Of a DNA stretch of 64,000 bases, positions 59,606-64,000 are shown one piece after another. Within the stretch, counting starts at the first letter, position 1; each line of letters starts with the position of its first letter. This DNA is from an uncultured delta proteobacterium (GTDB lineage: Bacteria > Myxococcota > Myxococcia > Myxococcales > Myxococcaceae), in the NCBI GenBank assembly GCA_963771175.1, contig CAVYSY010000022.1:64001-128000 (forward strand). The letters run 5' to 3'. The translations under genes and the position numbers were made by a program. The notes beneath the pieces were generated by a model, which did no database searches, was not told the origin of the DNA, and was given only the letters and a program-made list of their open reading frames with translations.

Positions 59606-61358
59606 CTACATGTTCTCGGGCGTGGCGATGCCCAGCAGCGTGCAGGCCGGCGGCCAGCGTCACCCGCGTCGCGTCCGTCAGGGCCAGCCGCGCCGCGCTT
59701 CAGGGCGCTCGTTGCTCCTCCACGAGCACGCGCTTGCTCGCGGTCCTGGTTGCCCAGCGTGTAGTAGCGGCTGAAGGCCGCGGCCAGCTCCAGCAGCAGC
59801 GCGCGACGACCAGCTCGGCTCGAGCTGCTCCGCCGCCTCCTGCACCACCACCGGCAGCCGGGCGATGACGCGCAGCACCGCCTGCTCCTCCGGCAGGGTG
59901 AGCAGCGCCGCGTCGTAGCGACGGCCGGCGCCCCGCCGCCCTTGCGCAGGACGTTGCAGGCGCGCGCGTGGGCGTACTGGAGATAGGGCCCGGTGTGGCC
60001 CTCGAAGCTCGAGGACGTCGTCCCAGTCGAAGGTGTAGTCCGTGGTCCGGCGGTTCTTCAGGTCGCCGAAGACGATGGCGCCCAGGCCGATCTGCTCGGC
60101 CAGCGTCATCCGGGTCGCTCGGTCTGGATGCGGCCCGCCTGGCCTGGTTCTCCTGCACCTTCTCCAGGGCGCGGGACTTCGCCTCGTCCAGCACGTGCGT
60201 TGAGCAGCACGACGTTGCCCTTGCGCGTGCTCATGCCGTGCACGCGGCCGAAGTTCGACGTGCACCATGCGCTCGGACCACGGGCGGCCCATGGCCTTGA
60301 GCACGCCGGAAGAGCTGCCGGAAGTGCAGCGACTGGTCGGTGGCCACCACGTAGAGCGACTTCTCGAAGTGGAAGCGCTCGTAGCGATCGATGGCCGCCG
60401 CGAGATCGCGCGTGGCGTACAGCGTGCTGCCGTCGTTCTTCTTGAGCAGCACGGGCGGCTCGTTCTCCGCGTAGGGCAGGTCCACGATGAGCGGCGCCCT
60501 GGGACTCCTTGACGCCCGGCGTGCTGGGCGATCTCCTCGATCACCGGCGTCCATCTTGCCCTGGTAGAAGCTCTCGCCCTCGATAGTGCTCGAACTCGAT
60601 GCCGAGCCGGCGCGTAGATGCGCTTGAAGTCGCGCGAGGCGACGTCTCGCGGAACTCCTTCCACAGCGCGAGGGCCTCGGGCGTCCCCGGCCTCCATGCG
60701 GCGGAAGAAGTCGCGGGCGCGCTCGTCGAACTCGGGCTCCTTCTCGGCGCGGGCGTTGGCCTTGACGTACACCTCCACCAGGTGGGCCATGTCCTTGCGG
60801 CGCGCCGGGTCCCCGTACTCCTGGAAGCCCACGGCCACGAGGCCGAACTGCTTGCCCCAGTCGCCCAGGTAGTTGATGCCCTCCACCCGGTAGCCGAGCG
60901 CGCGGTGCAGGTTGGCCAGTGCTGTGGCCGATCACCGTCGAGCGGATGTGGTGGAAGGCGATGGGCTTGGCGATGTTGGGCGAGGAGTAGTCGATGACCA
61001 CCGTCTTGCCGGCGCCCACGTCGCTGCCGCCGTAGGCGCACGGCCTGCGAGCGCGTCGTGTCGATGACCTCCTGCGGTGAAGGGCAGGGCCGCAGAGCGC
61101 GCGTTCACGTAGGGGCCGGCGGCCACGATCTCCAGCCCCGGAACCTTCAGCCTCCTGGGCGAGCTGCGGCGGCGATGGCCGGCGGGCGCCTTCTTCTGCG
61201 GCCTTGGCGAGGGGGAAGGTGGGGAAGGAGAGGTCGCCGTGCGGCGGGTCGGCGCGGCTTCACCTGGGCGTCGATCTCGGAGGCGGGGACGCCCGAGGGC
61301 CTGGGCGAGCGCCTCGACGAAGGCGGTGCGATAGCGGGTATAGACCGAAGGAGTGCAT
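59606..61358 (-). CDS. argS: Arginine--tRNA ligase (heavily frameshifted; start approximate)
   Basis: VVIDYSSPNIAKP…HIRSTVIG, NYLGDWGKQFG, KKNDGSTLYATRDLAAA, GMSTRKG, GPYLQYAHAR, LLGIATPENM-stop. Confidence 0.92.
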
Positions 61359-61454
61359 TAGGATCGGGGCGGGATACTACAGCCCCGGAAGCGTCGGCAG
61401 GGCGTGCAGTTCGCGGCGGCACGCGTCTGTCAACGCACTGAGGCGCAGTGATCC

Positions 61455-63165
61455 TCAGGTCACGGCCGGGGCGCGGCGGCTCGGGCGGACCACGGCGGCC
61501 ACGGTGTCCAGCAGCCGGGGCAGCTGCAGCGGCTTCTCGAAGAATCCGTCGATGCGCTCGAGCCCCTGGCCGGCGCCGAGGGTGGCCACGTCGCTGGCGC
61601 CGGAGATGATGTAGACGGCCACGTCCGCCAGGGACTCGGCGTGCCGCGGATGAAGCGCAGCACCGAGCGCCCGTCCTCCTCGCTCAGCCGCAGATCCAGC
61701 AGCACCATGGCCGGGCGGATGTGCGAGAGGATGGAGCGGGCCTCGGCGGCGCCGGCGGCCGTCATCACCCGGTAGCCCTCCTCGCTCGAGCACCTGCTGG
61801 AGCACCTCGCGGCAGTCGCGCGTCGTCCTCGACCAGGAGGATGCCGCCCGCGCGGGGGCCGGCCGGGCCGCCTCCGGGGCGGCGACGGCGCCGGCGAACA
61901 TGGGCAGCACGAGCTGGACAGGAGGTGCCCTCGCCCAGGGTGCTGGCTCGGCCTCCACGCGGCCGCCGTGGAGCGCCGATGATCTTGGCCACCAGGGGCA
62001 GGCCGAGCCCGCGGCCGTGCACGCGCGGCGTGCCCGGCGGGCGCGGAAGAAGGGGTCGAAGAGGTGCTCGAGATCCTCGGCCGCCGAGGCCCGGCGCCGC
62101 TGTCCTTCACGGTGAGCAGGGCGAGCCCGCCCTCGGCGGACGACGCGCACCTCCACGGTGTCGCTCGGCCTCGCAGCGGTGGATGCGCGTGCTCCACGAG
62201 GTGCGGGATGGCCTCGGCGATGCGCTCGCGATCGCCGCGCACGAAGACCTCGCGTGCAGGCGGGCAGGGTGAGCCGCACCTGGCCTGCTCGGCCGCGGGC
62301 GCGAGGGCGCGCACGACCTCCTCGGCCAGGGCCTTGAGGCCGAAGGGGCGCTGGTTGAGCTGCATCTTCCCGCTCTGCAGGCGGGACATGAGCAGCAGGT
62401 CGTTCACCATGCGCAGCATGCGGTCGGCGCTGCGGTCGCAGGTCTGCACCGCCTTGCGCTGCGCGTCGGTGAGGCCGCCCAGCTTCTGCGCGGCCCAGCA
62501 TGGCCAGGTAGGCCTTGATGGTGGTGAGCGGGTTCTTCAGGTCGTGCGAGACGTTGCCGAGCAGCTCGTCGCGGCTGCTGCTCCAGGGCTCTTGAGGCCG
62601 GCGATGGCCGTCTGCAGGTCCTTGTTGCGCCGGGCGCTGTCGTCGCGCAGGCGCGGCGACCTCGTAGGCGGCGGAGAGCTGGCCGGCGAGCGCCGAGAGC
62701 ATCGAGTCGGAGACGGCGCGGCGCGGGGCGAGGATGGCGAGCAGCCGTTGACGCCCTGGGCGGCCTGTCGAGGGGCACGGCGAGGGTGTCCTCGTCGCGG
62801 AGGATGGCCTTCTCGGCGAAGGCACGGCCCACCACGCCCTGCTCGGGGATAGCGGCGATGATGCGCTCGTCGTAGCGGCCGCGCACGTGCTCGACGTGGA
62901 GCTGATTGCGCGCGGGCTCGAAGCGCGCCACGTAGCAGGCCTTGGCCTGCATGAGCCCGTGGATGATCTGCAGTTGCGAGCGCAGGGCCTCGGTGGGGCC
63001 GGCGCTGGAGGTGATGTGCTGGGACATCTCCACGAGGGCGCGCTCGGCGGCCTCGTTGTCCACGGGAGGCTGGGGCTTGGCGGTGCGCCGGGGCTGCCGG
63101 GGCTTCTTCACCTCGGGACGGAGGGCGACGACCTCGGCCAGATGCGGAACCTTCTTCTTCGGCAC
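61455..63165 (-). CDS. Hybrid sensor histidine kinase/response regulator with N-terminal GAF-like domain (frameshifted)
   Basis: NVSHDLKNPLTTIK, VKDSG, GLGLPLVAKI, ILLVEDD, VLLDLRL, FFEKP. Confidence 0.85.
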
Positions 63166-63382
63166 GGAGCGACCTCGGCAACAGGGGGCGGCGCGCGGGA
63201 GCCCGTCCTCGTGGGGAGCGACGCAATCGCTTCTCGGAGCCGATCCTGCGTCACTCGGGGCCGGGCTGGAAACCCATCCCGACGTTCCCCCGCAACAGGG
63301 GCGACCGCAGGACAATTGCCATGTCAGGTGGATGACACAGGGAGGGAGCGAGGGGCCTGACCTGCTGGGTTCTGGAAGGCCT

Positions 63383-63419
63383 CCTCGCCCCGAGCCCCTC
63401 TCCCAGTGGAAGAGGGGAC
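63383..63419. repeat. REP-like palindromic element
   Basis: cctcgccccgagcccctctcccagtggaagagggga. Confidence 0.55.
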
Positions 63420-63443
63420 CTACAGGGCGTCAACCCGGCAGGC

Positions 63444-64000
63444 TCAGGCGCGGCGCTGCACCAGGCCGTTGCCGTCGAGGAAGTAGGGCTCGGCCAGGGC
63501 GGCCTCCACCTGATCGCGGTAGCCCTGGACGCCGAAGCCGCTCTCCTGGAGGGCGCCGAGGGCGGCCGTCTGCACGCGGCGGGCGATCTCCTTGTTGGAG
63601 AGGAGCTTGAGGATGGGCTCGCGAGCCGGCTCGTACTTCAGCGGGCCGAGGGCCTTGAGGGCGGCGAGCTTCACGTCGTCGGACATGTCCTCGAGGTAGG
63701 GCAGGACCGTGGCGGCGATGCGCGGGTCCTCCTTGCCGGTGACGTAGTGGAGTAGGACCACCAGCTTCTCGGAGTTGCGCAGGTACTTGCCGCTGAGCTC
63801 GGCGAGCGTGTCCACGGCGATGGTGGTGACCTCGGCCTGGGACAGGAGCGCCTCGAGGATGCGCAGGGCCCAGGAGGTGGCCGCCTCGTTCTTGCGCAGG
63901 AACTCGGTGACGGGGGCCACGGCGTCCTTGCCGAAGCCCTTGATGAACTCGAAGACGAGCTCCTTCTCGTCGGCGTCCGTGGTGAGGGGCTCCACGGTGA
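63444..64000 (-). CDS. HEAT-repeat protein (partial)
   Basis: DDVKLAALKALG, VQTAALGAL helical repeats; open to the window end. Confidence 0.8.
   Translation of the reverse strand, partial: TVEPLTTDADEKELVFEFIKGFGKDAVAPVTEFLRKNEAATSWALRILEALLSQAEVTTIAVDTLAELSGKYLRNSEKLVVLLHYVTGKEDPRIAATVLPYLEDMSDDVKLAALKALGPLKYEPAREPILKLLSNKEIARRVQTAALGALQESGFGVQGYRDQVEAALAEPYFLDGNGLVQRRA

Noticed and set aside
57012..63165. Apparent mass pseudogenisation or programmed frameshifting of plsB, argS and the hybrid kinase
   Set aside because: There are many single-base indels but motifs and codon bias are preserved, and argS is normally essential. This fits low-quality long-read consensus better than biology.

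Overview
High-GC myxobacterial chromosome segment (Archangium/Cystobacter/Stigmatella-like by gene content). Scattered single-base indels split many genes and become very dense at about 57-63 kb, including argS, so they are most likely sequencing errors. The flanks carry ordinary genes: a DUF4350/DUF4129 membrane module, thiS-thiG-thiE, lipoproteins, FKBP, corA, dctA, an M4 protease, an rlmI-like gene, an S8 protease, plsB, argS and a hybrid kinase. Three things stand out. (1) A ~26 kb accessory island (17.8-43.7 kb) has two convergent enzyme operons and no PKS/NRPS: GH13 glucan enzyme, AGE-family epimerase, double DJ-1/PfpI, ThDP enzyme, GMC oxidoreductase, VOC, FAD oxidoreductase, a Hod/Qdo-like cofactor-free dioxygenase and eight SnoaL/NTF2 domains. 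It also has its own ECF sigma, response regulator and Ser/Thr kinase, plus relics of a second copy of the cluster. (2) A cytoplasmic fusion of a trypsin-like protease and an S1/P1 nuclease (11.8-14.1 kb) has its Zn-binding 'N-terminal' Trp buried at residue 403, suggesting a protease-gated nuclease. (3) A beta-barrel / 13-heme cytochrome / Ig-like lipoprotein operon sits at 53.9-57.0 kb. There is also a non-canonical HEPN gene pair. I saw no rRNA, tRNA, CRISPR array or transposase. All family calls come from motif recognition, not database searches.
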